DNA of 64,000 bases from SAR202 cluster bacterium (GTDB taxonomy: Bacteria; Chloroflexota; Dehalococcoidia; Lucifugimonadales; UBA826). The stretch lies in assembly GCA_022447825.1 (NCBI GenBank), contig JAKUTY010000005.1:1373-65372 (forward strand), written 5' to 3'. The notes beneath the pieces are model-generated. The model saw nothing but the letters and a program-made list of their open reading frames with translations, made no database searches and was not told the DNA's origin. This document shows positions 39,844-49,627 of this stretch, in pieces (within the stretch, counting starts at the first letter, position 1; every line of letters starts with the position of its first letter). A program made the translations under genes and the position numbers.

Positions 39844-41128
39844 TTTCTGTGGCTGAAATGAAATTTGGTGGATTCGAAGGATTAAAAGATAATTTTACTT
39901 TCTGAATAGTATTAGCTTTTGGTCTAGTTGTCTTGTTTTCTACACGAATATAATTTTTAGTTAGCCCATAGATTGAATTTGTAGAGTGGTTATAGTTTTC
40001 CCAAAGAATCTCTTCTTTTAAATGGTCTTGTTTGTGCCTGAATTCTTTGAACATTTCTAATCTGATTTCAGTTAGCTCGCTTGATCTGGAATTTTTTATT
40101 ATTGAATCTACATTATCTTTTAGAAAAAATGCGGATGTTTTAGGCCTTTTTGAAAATTTGAATATATGCATATCTGAAAACTGAGAATATTTACTAAGGC
40201 TTTTTGATAATTGAAAATCACTTTCAGTTTCATTAGGGAATCCTACAATCACATCAGTAGTAATAGATGCATTTTTAAAATTGTTGTTAATAAGATCCAC
40301 CGCACTAGTAAATTGTTCAGAAGTATATCTTCTTCTCATTTGTTTAAGAACTTGATTACTTCCACTCTGCATGGGTATGTGAAAATGGTTACATAATCTT
40401 TTATTATCCCAGACTTCTAGTAATTCATTAGAAATTTCTTGAGGTTGTAAAGATGAAACTCTAACACGAGGAATAGTGGTATTTTTCAAAACTTCTTTTA
40501 GCATTTTTGTTAAATTCATGTCATGAAGATCAAATCCATATGAACCTAATTGCGTGCCTGTCATGACAATTTCTTGAAATCCTAATTCCTCAAATTTTTT
40601 TATTTGATTGATTAATGTTTTAACTTCTACACTTTTTTCTCTTCCTCGAACGCGTGGAACAATACAGTAAGCACAAATTTGATTGCAACCCTCTTGAATC
40701 TTTATCATTGCCCTATTTTTACTAGGCATTAATTGATCTATTTCAAGTAAAGTTTCCTCCGGCGAAATTGAGAGTAAAGAATTAATAGAATTAACAATTT
40801 CTGATTTTGATTCGTTTCCGAAAACTAAATCAACTTCAGGTAAAGATTCTAGTTCCTCTTTGGCTCTTTGAGCATAACATCCTGTAACTACTACTATTGA
40901 ATTGGGGTTTTGGTTTTTAAAAGATCTTGCAGATTGACGACCTTTTCTATCTGCTACATGAGTTACTGTACAAGTGTTCAATATGTATATATCACAATCA
41001 TCTTTACTCTCACTAATCAGATATCCGTTTTGAGATAACTCAAGGGATAAATTTAATGAATCTGATTGGTTTAATTTACACCCGTGAGTTTCAATTGTTA
41101 CTTTAGGTTTTTTAGATAATATTGTCAT
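39833..41128 (-). CDS. mtaB: tRNA methylthiotransferase (MtaB-type)
   Basis: THGCKLNQ, NTCTVT, TGCYAQ, radical SAM GCNQICAYC, IVGFPNET. Confidence 0.9.
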   Translation of the reverse strand: MTILSKKPKVTIETHGCKLNQSDSLNLSLELSQNGYLISESKDDCDIYILNTCTVTHVADRKGRQSARSFKNQNPNSIVVVTGCYAQRAKEELESLPEVDLVFGNESKSEIVNSINSLLSISPEETLLEIDQLMPSKNRAMIKIQEGCNQICAYCIVPRVRGREKSVEVKTLINQIKKFEELGFQEIVMTGTQLGSYGFDLHDMNLTKMLKEVLKNTTIPRVRVSSLQPQEISNELLEVWDNKRLCNHFHIPMQSGSNQVLKQMRRRYTSEQFTSAVDLINNNFKNASITTDVIVGFPNETESDFQLSKSLSKYSQFSDMHIFKFSKRPKTSAFFLKDNVDSIIKNSRSSELTEIRLEMFKEFRHKQDHLKEEILWENYNHSTNSIYGLTKNYIRVENKTTRPKANTIQKVKLSFNPSNPPNFISATEINS

Positions 41129-41184
41129 AAGACATCCTAAGTTTATAATTGCATAATTATATCTATATAATTTTGGATTTATAT

Positions 41185-41685
41185 ATGTTTTTTGAAAAAC
41201 AAATTAATGAAAATATAGCTTTTGATTATGTTAAAGAATCAGTAGATATTCAATCTTACATTGTCGATTCAGAAAATTTTTTAAAGCAAATTAAACATCA
41301 AAATGATCCACAGGATACTCAATTAATTTTATGTGAATTGTGGTTTGAAGCTGACCAGCTCGATCAGTATGTTTTGAATTTTTTCGAATCATTTATTGAA
41401 AAGCACAATTTAATAAATTCTCACGTCGACGTTTTGAGAGGAGTTGAATCTGACCAGTTTGGAGGAAATGTCTTATATTGTTTGTGGAAAATTGTATGGG
41501 ATACCCAAAAAGAGGTTTTGGTTTATTTGAGAACTCCTGAACATAAATTTATTCCAGAAATAATTGTCAAAACTGGAACGAGACAGCTTTCAGAAAGTTT
41601 GTTAAGTGGCGTTAGTACACGAGAATTTTATTCAATACTAGTCAGGTTGATGCTGTCAGAACTCAATGCAAAATCTGAACCGTAA
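41185..41685 (+). CDS. Hypothetical protein
   Basis: Long open frame filling the mtaB-fabF gap; no motif recognised. Confidence 0.6.
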   Translation: MFFEKQINENIAFDYVKESVDIQSYIVDSENFLKQIKHQNDPQDTQLILCELWFEADQLDQYVLNFFESFIEKHNLINSHVDVLRGVESDQFGGNVLYCLWKIVWDTQKEVLVYLRTPEHKFIPEIIVKTGTRQLSESLLSGVSTREFYSILVRLMLSELNAKSEP

Positions 41686-41738
41686 TTTTATATACTGTTA
41701 TAATCGCCAAGATTTCAAATACTTAAAATGATGGAGCT

Positions 41739-42977
41739 ATGATGTTAGAGAGAGTTTTTATTACTGGATATTCTGCAGTGAGTCCAATTGGTACAGATAG
41801 TAAGTCTACTTGGTCAAGTTTGTTAGAAGGTCAAAGTGGGGTTGATTATATAAGTTCTTTTGAAACTGATGGTCTAGAAACCACTTTTGCAGCTGAAGTA
41901 GACAATTTTGACCCTGACCCTTTTGTCGGAAAGAAGCAGGCTAAAAGAATGGATAGATTTGTTCAGTTAGGTGCAGCTGCAGCATTACAGGCTCTTGAAA
42001 TGAGTGGATTAGTAATAGATCAAGAAAATGCACCCCAGGTTTCAGTAATGGTAGCAAGTGGAATTGGTGGAATCATTACTCTTTCTGACCAAATAGGAGT
42101 ATTGAATAGTAGAGGGCCTAATAGAATTAGTCCCTTTTTAGTGCCAATGATGCTACCTGATATGGCTTCGGGTCAGATAGCAATGCTAACTGGAGCAAAA
42201 GGCGCAAATTATTGTACTGTTTCAGCTTGTGCTAGTGGGGCAGATTCAATAGGTATGGCTTTTGAGGCTATAAGGCGTGGTGATGTCAGTGCAGCAATAA
42301 CAGGCGGAGCTGAAGCAGCAATTTGTAGGATTGGTGTTGCAGGGTTTAATGCTTGCCAAGCTTTATCAAAGAGAAATGATGATCCAAAATCTGCATCACG
42401 ACCTTTTGATTCTCAGAGAGATGGATTTGTATTAGGAGAGGGTTCTGGAGTTTTAGTAATAGAAAGCGAATCTTTTATGGAAGCTCGTGGAGGAATTCCT
42501 ATAGCAGAGCTAGTTGGTTATGGGGCTACTGCTGACGCCTATCATATTACACAGCCCGGTCCAGAAGGAGAAGGTGGAGCGAGGGCCATGAATAAGGCAT
42601 TAAATTTGGCTTCAATGCATCCAGAAGAGATTCAATATATTAATGCTCATGGTACTTCAACTCCTCTAAATGATAAATTTGAAACTATGGCTATGAAATC
42701 CGTTTTTGGAGAATCAGCATATAAAATACCCGTTAGTTCTACTAAGTCTATGACTGGGCATCTGTTAGGAGCAAGCGGAGCCTTAGAAGCTGTGATTTCA
42801 GTTATGGCTATACAAAACGAAATTATTCCTCCTACTATTAATTTACAAAATTCAGATCCTGATTGTGATTTAAATTACACTCCAAATAATTTTAAGGAAC
42901 AAAAAATTGAAACTGTCATGAGTAATTCATTTGGGTTTGGTGGACATAATGCTTCTTTGATATTTAAAAGAATTTGA
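41739..42977 (+). CDS. fabF: Beta-ketoacyl-ACP synthase II
   Basis: SACASG, INAHGTST, STKSMTGHLLGA, NSFGFGGHN. Confidence 0.96.
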   Translation: MMLERVFITGYSAVSPIGTDSKSTWSSLLEGQSGVDYISSFETDGLETTFAAEVDNFDPDPFVGKKQAKRMDRFVQLGAAAALQALEMSGLVIDQENAPQVSVMVASGIGGIITLSDQIGVLNSRGPNRISPFLVPMMLPDMASGQIAMLTGAKGANYCTVSACASGADSIGMAFEAIRRGDVSAAITGGAEAAICRIGVAGFNACQALSKRNDDPKSASRPFDSQRDGFVLGEGSGVLVIESESFMEARGGIPIAELVGYGATADAYHITQPGPEGEGGARAMNKALNLASMHPEEIQYINAHGTSTPLNDKFETMAMKSVFGESAYKIPVSSTKSMTGHLLGASGALEAVISVMAIQNEIIPPTINLQNSDPDCDLNYTPNNFKEQKIETVMSNSFGFGGHNASLIFKRI

Positions 42978-42987
42978 TGAGGATTTT

Positions 42988-44667
42988 TTGAAATATCAAA
43001 AATGGAACATTGCTGAACCTGTTCCCAAGAATATTGAAGATGACTTAGGTTTCTCCAATGTTGAATCAACTATTTTATTCAATCGAGGCATTGATACATC
43101 AGCTAAAGTAAATGATTTTTTATTTCCTAAACGTCAGTCAGTTCACGACCCATTTCTGTTTTCGGACATGCAAAAAGTTGTTGATAGATTATCAAAAGCA
43201 GTTGATAACAGAGAAATCATTGGTGTTTTTGGGGATTTTGATACTGATGGATTGTCTGGTAGTGCAGTATTAGCTTTTGCGCTCGAATCATTAGGGGCAA
43301 TAGTTTTTCCATATATTCCACATAGAGTTGAGGAAGGTCATGGAGTAAGTACTAATGCTCTTGAATTTTTTCAAGATCGCGGAGTGTCATTGATACTTAC
43401 TGTAGATTGTGGGATTTCTTCTGTAGATGAGATTAATTTGGCAAATAATATGAATATTGAAACTATAATTTCAGATCATCATACAAGTGTTGACGAACTC
43501 CCCGAAGCATTTGCAATAATTAATCCCTCACTTCCGAATTCGAAATATCCATTTGAGCATTTAACTGGAGTAGGTACAGCTTTTAAAATTATTGAGGCTT
43601 TATTTTCTTATTTGGGTAGAGATTTACCTCCTGAAGTTTATGTTTTTTCTGCATTTGGTACTTTGTCAGATGTAGGATTGATGAAAGATGAAAACAGATT
43701 TTTGACTTATCAGGTAATTAAGTTGATTAGATCTCAAGAAATTACAGGGATTGATCAACTTATAGAAGTCGCGGGAATTGAAAAAAGAAGAATTAGAACT
43801 CAGGATATGACTTTTGGTTTAATTCCACTCATAAATGCACCCGGAAGATTATCTCATGCAAAATTAAGTTTAGACTTGATTTTGAGTAAAAACTCTGAAG
43901 ATGCTAAAAGTTTGTCAGAACAAATAGAGCAATTAAATAAACAGAGACAACTAGTAACTGAAAATGCTATGAATGAAGCCTATCAACAAATCAAGCCACA
44001 AAATGAATCTGTAATTTTTGTAGGTAAACCAAATTGGAATCCCGGAATATTGGGCTTGATAGCTGGAAGATTAGCCGAAGAATTTTATAGACCCGTAATA
44101 GCAGTGTCAGGGTCAGGGAATGTTTTGAGAGCAAGTGGGAGAAGTATTCCAGATTTTAATTTAATTCAAGCTTTAGATTTATGTAATTCATTTTTTGAGA
44201 AATTTGGAGGCCATCCAATGGCTGCTGGATTTACAATTCAACGTGATTTACTAAAAGATTTTAGAGAGAAGTTTAATGAAATATCATTCGAATTGCTTTC
44301 TGATGTCCCCAATGGGCCTTCCGTGAATATTGATGCTGAGATTTCTCCATTATGGTTAACTTCAGACAAATTAAGTTTTTTAGAATCTTTAGAGCCATAT
44401 GGTAAAGGAAATCCTGAGCCCACATTTCTCACTAAGAATTTTGAGTTGATAGACTTTCGGCAAGTTGGTGTTGACAAAAATCATCTTAAAATGACATTGA
44501 TGTATGAAGGCAGAGTTTTTGATGCTATAGCATTTAGGCAAGGTAAAAGAGCTATAGAAATTCAGAATGGAAATTTGTTAGATTTAGTTTTTAAGCCTTC
44601 TATTAATTTTTGGAATGGAAAAGAAACGTTAGAATTAATTGTCGATGATTTTTCCTGCTCCAATTAA
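42988..44667 (+). CDS. recJ: ssDNA-specific exonuclease RecJ
   Basis: GDFDTDG, TVDCG, SDHH, INAPGR, SGRS, GGHPMAAG. Confidence 0.95.
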   Translation: MKYQKWNIAEPVPKNIEDDLGFSNVESTILFNRGIDTSAKVNDFLFPKRQSVHDPFLFSDMQKVVDRLSKAVDNREIIGVFGDFDTDGLSGSAVLAFALESLGAIVFPYIPHRVEEGHGVSTNALEFFQDRGVSLILTVDCGISSVDEINLANNMNIETIISDHHTSVDELPEAFAIINPSLPNSKYPFEHLTGVGTAFKIIEALFSYLGRDLPPEVYVFSAFGTLSDVGLMKDENRFLTYQVIKLIRSQEITGIDQLIEVAGIEKRRIRTQDMTFGLIPLINAPGRLSHAKLSLDLILSKNSEDAKSLSEQIEQLNKQRQLVTENAMNEAYQQIKPQNESVIFVGKPNWNPGILGLIAGRLAEEFYRPVIAVSGSGNVLRASGRSIPDFNLIQALDLCNSFFEKFGGHPMAAGFTIQRDLLKDFREKFNEISFELLSDVPNGPSVNIDAEISPLWLTSDKLSFLESLEPYGKGNPEPTFLTKNFELIDFRQVGVDKNHLKMTLMYEGRVFDAIAFRQGKRAIEIQNGNLLDLVFKPSINFWNGKETLELIVDDFSCSN

Positions 44668-45524
44668 TTTGTATCTTCTCTTCTACGTTCAGCTCGAGTT
44701 TTTGCGGGTAGAGAATTGATTCGCTCCTCTAATATTTCATTCGAATCCCCTACTCTAGCTTTCCATAATAATATAATCACGCTTACTGTAAACATGGTTA
44801 AGGACACAAAGTGTGATTGTTGGAGTCCAAATGCAATTTCTCCATCTTCTCGTAAAAATTGTATAAAGAATCTGCCAAATCCGTAAAAAGCAAAATAAGT
44901 TAGCATTACCATTCCCGCAGGTCTGATCCTGTTGGCTAATTTCCAAACTACAAATATTCCTAGCATATTCCATAATATTTCGTAAGCTATGACAGGTTGG
45001 ACAGATGTTCCAATTCCATTTGAACAATACACAGCGGCACTTTCAGCGTGATTCCATATGTATCCAAAAAAAAGATCGGTAGCTTTAGCGCAATGTTCAC
45101 CATTTGCTATATCACCTAATCTCCCTATAGCTTGTCCGAAAAATAAAGCTGGGGCAGTGATATCAGCGATTAGTAATGCAGGTTTTTTGGTTAAAATAGC
45201 ATATGTGGTTCCACCTATGAAGCCACCAATAATTCCTCCTAATAATCCAATTCCTCCAGACCATATTGCAAAAATTTCAAATAAATTGTTTCCAAAATAA
45301 TTCCAGTTATCTACAACATAAACTAAGCGAGCACCGATTATGCCCGGTAATATAGTCCATGTAGCAATGGAATATATATCATCTGGATCGATGCCATATA
45401 TTTTTCCCCATCGGGAAATCAAAAATATTGCAGCAAGAACTCCTATGGCGCTAAATAATCCATGCCAACTAAGTAAAAAAGATCCTGCTTGTAAAACCCA
45501 AGGCCCTGTTTCTATTTCAATCAT
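44664..45524 (-). CDS. lgt: Prolipoprotein diacylglyceryl transferase
   Basis: WHG, GIIGARLVYV, GQAIGRLGDIANGE, RFFIQFLR; multiple TM helices. Confidence 0.92.
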   Translation of the reverse strand: MIEIETGPWVLQAGSFLLSWHGLFSAIGVLAAIFLISRWGKIYGIDPDDIYSIATWTILPGIIGARLVYVVDNWNYFGNNLFEIFAIWSGGIGLLGGIIGGFIGGTTYAILTKKPALLIADITAPALFFGQAIGRLGDIANGEHCAKATDLFFGYIWNHAESAAVYCSNGIGTSVQPVIAYEILWNMLGIFVVWKLANRIRPAGMVMLTYFAFYGFGRFFIQFLREDGEIAFGLQQSHFVSLTMFTVSVIILLWKARVGDSNEILEERINSLPAKTRAERRREDTN

Positions 45525-45615
45525 AATAACTCTCTATGAAAACTAGATAGAATCTTATCGATTCCATCATTACTGTCAAGATAAGATAGAAGTATATCAA
45601 CTTAAGGGAAATGAT

Positions 45616-46548
45616 GTGATTCAATTAATCAAAACTTCGAACTATTCATCTTTGATACAAGACTTCTTAGAACATTTATTTGTTGAGAGAGGTCTGTCTA
45701 ATAATACTATTTCATCTTATAAGAGTGATTTAGAACAGTTTAAAGAATTTTTGGTTTCAAATAAAACAATTTTGTTTACTGAAGTTTCTCAAGAAAACAT
45801 TTCTCAATTTGTAAAAAATTTTGATTACTTAGACTATAAAAAAGCAACTAAATCCAGAAAACTTGCCACACTAAAATCTTTTTATGCCTATTTACATAAT
45901 GAGTATCTAATCCCATCGGATCCAACTCAAAATTTTACTTTAAATTCAAAATTTGTGAGACTTCCAAAGATTTTTGAGGTTTCAGAGGTTACAATCCTAT
46001 TAGATGCACCTTTAAAAATAAATACAGGCCATGTCGCTATACGTGATCATGCTATTTTACAAATAGCTTATGCAGCAGGATTACGAGTTTCTGAAATTAT
46101 TAATTTAAGTCTTGGAGATGTAGACTTTACCTCTAATTCAGTAAGAGTTTTTGGTAAAGGATCTAAGGAAAGGGTTATTCCAATCCACGATTTAGCAGTT
46201 GATAGCCTTAATGATTATGTCCAAAAATCTAGGCCGTTAATGGTGAAATCAATCAAAAATAAAACTTTTTTTTCTAATCAAAAAGGACAGCGATTTAGTA
46301 GGCAAGGTATTTGGAAAATAGTTAAAAAATATTCTCAGCATGTGGGCTTAGTTAAAGGATTTACACCTCATACTTTAAGGCATTGCTTTGCTACCCACTT
46401 GTTGAATGGAGGTGCTCCACTTAGACATGTACAGACTTTGTTGGGGCATTCGAGTATTGCTACTACTCAAATTTACACACATTTGACCAAAGAATTTGTA
46501 AGAGATGAGTATGATTTATCTCATCCTAGGTCACAAAAAAACATATAA
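45616..46548 (+). CDS. xerD: Tyrosine recombinase XerD-type
   Basis: ERGLSNNT..SY..DL, GLRVSE, GKGSKER, HTLRH, LGH, TTQIYTH. Confidence 0.88.
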   Translation: MIQLIKTSNYSSLIQDFLEHLFVERGLSNNTISSYKSDLEQFKEFLVSNKTILFTEVSQENISQFVKNFDYLDYKKATKSRKLATLKSFYAYLHNEYLIPSDPTQNFTLNSKFVRLPKIFEVSEVTILLDAPLKINTGHVAIRDHAILQIAYAAGLRVSEIINLSLGDVDFTSNSVRVFGKGSKERVIPIHDLAVDSLNDYVQKSRPLMVKSIKNKTFFSNQKGQRFSRQGIWKIVKKYSQHVGLVKGFTPHTLRHCFATHLLNGGAPLRHVQTLLGHSSIATTQIYTHLTKEFVRDEYDLSHPRSQKNI

Positions 46549-46588
46549 AATATATAATGTAGTACAAATCAGGTTTTTAGAGGTTAAT

Positions 46589-46945
46589 ATGGCTAAAAAA
46601 GGCAAAAAAACAGCAGTTAGACAATCCCAATTGAATACAAGAAAAAGAAAGAAATCAAGAAGCTTACAAGTTGTTGATTCTAGATTTACTGAGTCTGAGA
46701 ATTCTGTTAAGCAAATAGATGACAATGAAACTTTAAGTAATTCAACTCTACCTCAGGAAACTCTTAAAATAGAAGCCCGAAAACCTATTAAACCTGCAAA
46801 AGCTCCTGCTCCTGCTCCTACAACTACTCCTGCTCCCACTGCTCTAACTTATCCATACCTTAATAGAGAATTACTTCAGATTTCGCTTACGTCATTAATA
46901 GTTGTTGCAGTTCTAGTTGGATTAAATTTCACTATTTTTAATTAA
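46589..46945 (+). CDS. Hypothetical tail-anchored membrane protein
   Basis: RBS GAGGT, Lys/Arg-rich N-terminus, Pro/Ala/Thr linker, C-terminal TM helix. Confidence 0.7.
   Translation: MAKKGKKTAVRQSQLNTRKRKKSRSLQVVDSRFTESENSVKQIDDNETLSNSTLPQETLKIEARKPIKPAKAPAPAPTTTPAPTALTYPYLNRELLQISLTSLIVVAVLVGLNFTIFN
46802..46843 (+). repeat. Coding low-complexity repeat (GCTCCT)n encoding APAPAPTTTPAPTA
   Basis: GCTCCT x3 followed by degenerate copies. Confidence 0.6.
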
Positions 46946-46951
46946 CTTTTT

Positions 46952-48784
46952 ATGAATCAAACTGATTTTAGCAATCAGCTTTCCAATACTCCTACCTCTC
47001 CAGGTGTTTATTTGATGTTTGGGGATGATAGTGAAGTTTTGTATGTAGGTAAGGCTTTGAATCTAAAGAGTAGGTTGAGGTCATATTTTGTTCCCAAGCA
47101 TGAAAATCCTAAGATAAGAATTTTAGTTGGTTTGATAAATTATTTTGAAGTAATTCTCACTGAATCCGAGCAGGAAGCTTTGATTTTGGAGTGTAATTTA
47201 ATCAAAGAATATCAACCAAGATTTAATTCTAGATTGAAAGATGATAAAAGTTACCCCTTTATAAAAATTGATACACGTGAGAAATTCCCTCAGATTTATA
47301 TCACTAGAAATGTTCAAAGAGGTGATGGAGCAAAATATTTTGGGCCATATGCTAGTGCCACAAGTGTAAGAAAAACGTTAGGTTTATTGAAAAAACTGTT
47401 CCCTTACAGGAGTTGTACTAAAAATATTACTGGAACCGATCAGCGTGCATGTCTTGATTTCCATATTAATCGTTGTGTAGGGCCATGTATAGGCGCTGCT
47501 GATGAATTTCAATATAGAGAAGTTATCAATCAAGTTGAAATGTTTTTACGCGGAGAAACTAAACAAATCTTGAATCAATTACATATAAAAATGTTAGATT
47601 TTGCCAAACAATTGGAATTTGAGAAAGCTTCTATAGTTAGAGATCAAATTAACGCTATAGATAGTGTTCAAGAAAAACAAAAAGTATTGACGACTGACAA
47701 TGATGATATGGATGTCATTGCGTTAGAGCAAAAAAATCAAGAAGCTTGGGTAGAAGTTTTTTTTATTAGAAACGGTAAATTAATAGGGAGAGAGCATTAT
47801 TTAATGAATGTTGCATTAAATGATGAAGTTTCTGATGTCTTATTGGCATTTTTGAAGCAATTTTATGAATCTACTTTAGATATACCTAAAACTATTTTGA
47901 TTCAATGTGAGATTGACAATTTATATGATGAAATTTCACTTTTTTTATCAAAAAAACGTGGTTCTAAAGTATCTCTTCTTACTCCAAAGCGTGGTACTAG
48001 AAAAAAAATGTTGAATATGGTTTCTCTGAATGCTGCACAGGGAATGAATAGATTAAGTTTGGAGAAAAGAAATCAAGTAGACCAAAATATAATTGCGCTT
48101 GATGAAATTCATGAAGCTTTGAGTTTGCCAAAATTACCCAAGCGCATTGAATGTTATGACATTTCAAATATTCAAGGTACAAATCCTGTAGGAAGTATGA
48201 TTGTTTTTGAAGATGGTAAACCAAAAAAATCTGATTACAGAAAATTTCAAATTAAAAAAGTACAAAATATTGATGACTATATGATGATGCGAGAAATGGT
48301 AGGTCGAAGAATTTCAAGATTAAATGATGAAAAGTCTGCTGAGAATTGGAAGCGAATCCCGGATTTAGTTCTCATTGATGGGGGTAAGGGCCATTTGGCA
48401 GCTGTTTTGCAAGTGTTTCTTGAACAAGGGGTTTATTCTGAAATTCCATTAGCAAGTATCGCAAAACAAAAAGAGGAGATTTTTATTCCCCAAAACCCTG
48501 AATCTATCCAATTACAGCCTCATTCACAAGGGTTATATTTGATGCAAAGAATTAGAGATGAGGCACATAGGTTTGCGATAACTTATCATCGCCATAGAAG
48601 ATCAAAAAATTCATTAAAATCTAAATTGGATTCTATCGAAGGAATTTGACCATCTAAAAGGAAAAAATTATTTAGTAAATTTGGCTCAGTTTCTAATATT
48701 GCTGCATCTAATGTTAGTGACTTAACGCAAATATCTGGTATCAATGAAAAGCTTGCGCAAAAAATTTTATACGAATTGAATTAG
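46952..48784 (+). CDS. uvrC: Excinuclease ABC subunit C with in-frame TGA at 48647-48649
   Basis: GIY-YIG (PGVYLM, YVGKA), ECYDIS, LIDGGKG, RDEAHRFA; frame continues after TGA through HhH motifs (EGI*PSKRKKLFSKFGS...ISGINEKLA) to TAG 48784. Confidence 0.95.
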
Positions 48785-48809
48785 TATGATTTTGGCGTTT
48801 AGTTAGCTT

Positions 48810-49253
48810 CTAGAAGTCTTTTGGTTCAATCAAATCACTAAATTCATAATACATATCTGGAGAGCAAGTTATTATGGGTTTCGTTAATTTGTAGTAAGCA
48901 TTTTGAACGAAAAAATTCTCAATGGTTTTTACGATGTCGATAGAGTTGTCAGTCTCAATGTTTTGAACATTCTCTCCAAAGTAGATATTTGATTCCCTGA
49001 AAAGGTTTCCTGAATTGAGTGCATTGGGTAGGTCGAGTTCTATGGGAGTTAAGTAATCGATCAAACTGGTGAAGGCAATTTCAGATTTTCTATCAAAATG
49101 CTGAGATCCCCAAATTAAGAATAAAGAATATGTACTTATTCCTAATCTCACTTCTTGTTCTATCGCCCTAAATATCAAATTTTTAGCATGTGGGTCACCC
49201 GATTTGTATGCTAGCAAAACTGAGGAGTCGATTATGGCATCAATCTCATTCAA
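48810..49253 (-). CDS. PIN-domain protein (degenerate VapC-like)
   Basis: AIIDSSVLL start, ISTYS, PIELD, PIITC follow the PIN layout; several acidic ligands missing. Confidence 0.65.
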   Translation of the reverse strand: MNEIDAIIDSSVLLAYKSGDPHAKNLIFRAIEQEVRLGISTYSLFLIWGSQHFDRKSEIAFTSLIDYLTPIELDLPNALNSGNLFRESNIYFGENVQNIETDNSIDIVKTIENFFVQNAYYKLTKPIITCSPDMYYEFSDLIEPKDF

Positions 49254-49551
49254 AGAAGCCTTCCTTTGCTATCTGTTTTTTCTCTGATTCTGATAGTGAA
49301 ATAGGTGCTCCTACAGGTCTTTCTGCTTGCATTAGGAGGTATTCATCTTTTTGCCAAATATTTTTGGGTAATTCGTCTGTTTCTTTGGGATTGATACTGG
49401 GTTGTTTGAGGTATTGCGCTAGAGCTTCTTCAAGGATTTCTCTAATTGATAATCGTTCTTGAGCAGATTTAGATTTTAATGCTAAGTATAAAGGCTCACC
49501 TATTTTTGCAAATAATTGCCTCGTTGGTTCGTTAGAATTATTTCTTGCCAT
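49246..49551 (-). CDS. Ribbon-helix-helix protein (antitoxin-like)
   Basis: TRQLFAKI-GEPLYLALKSKSAQE-RLSIREILEEALAQYL RHH pattern; overlaps PIN start by 8 nt. Confidence 0.7.
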   Translation of the reverse strand: MARNNSNEPTRQLFAKIGEPLYLALKSKSAQERLSIREILEEALAQYLKQPSINPKETDELPKNIWQKDEYLLMQAERPVGAPISLSESEKKQIAKEGFFE

Positions 49552-49627
49552 AGTATGATACCTTTTGTTCATAGATTTACTCTCATATTAATGGGTAAAT
49601 ATATTGATATCAAGTTAGGAAAATATT

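Noticed and set aside
45616-46548. Tyrosine recombinase as island or phage integrase
   Set aside because: Size and motifs fit chromosomal XerD; flanked by lgt and uvrC with no att repeats or cargo.
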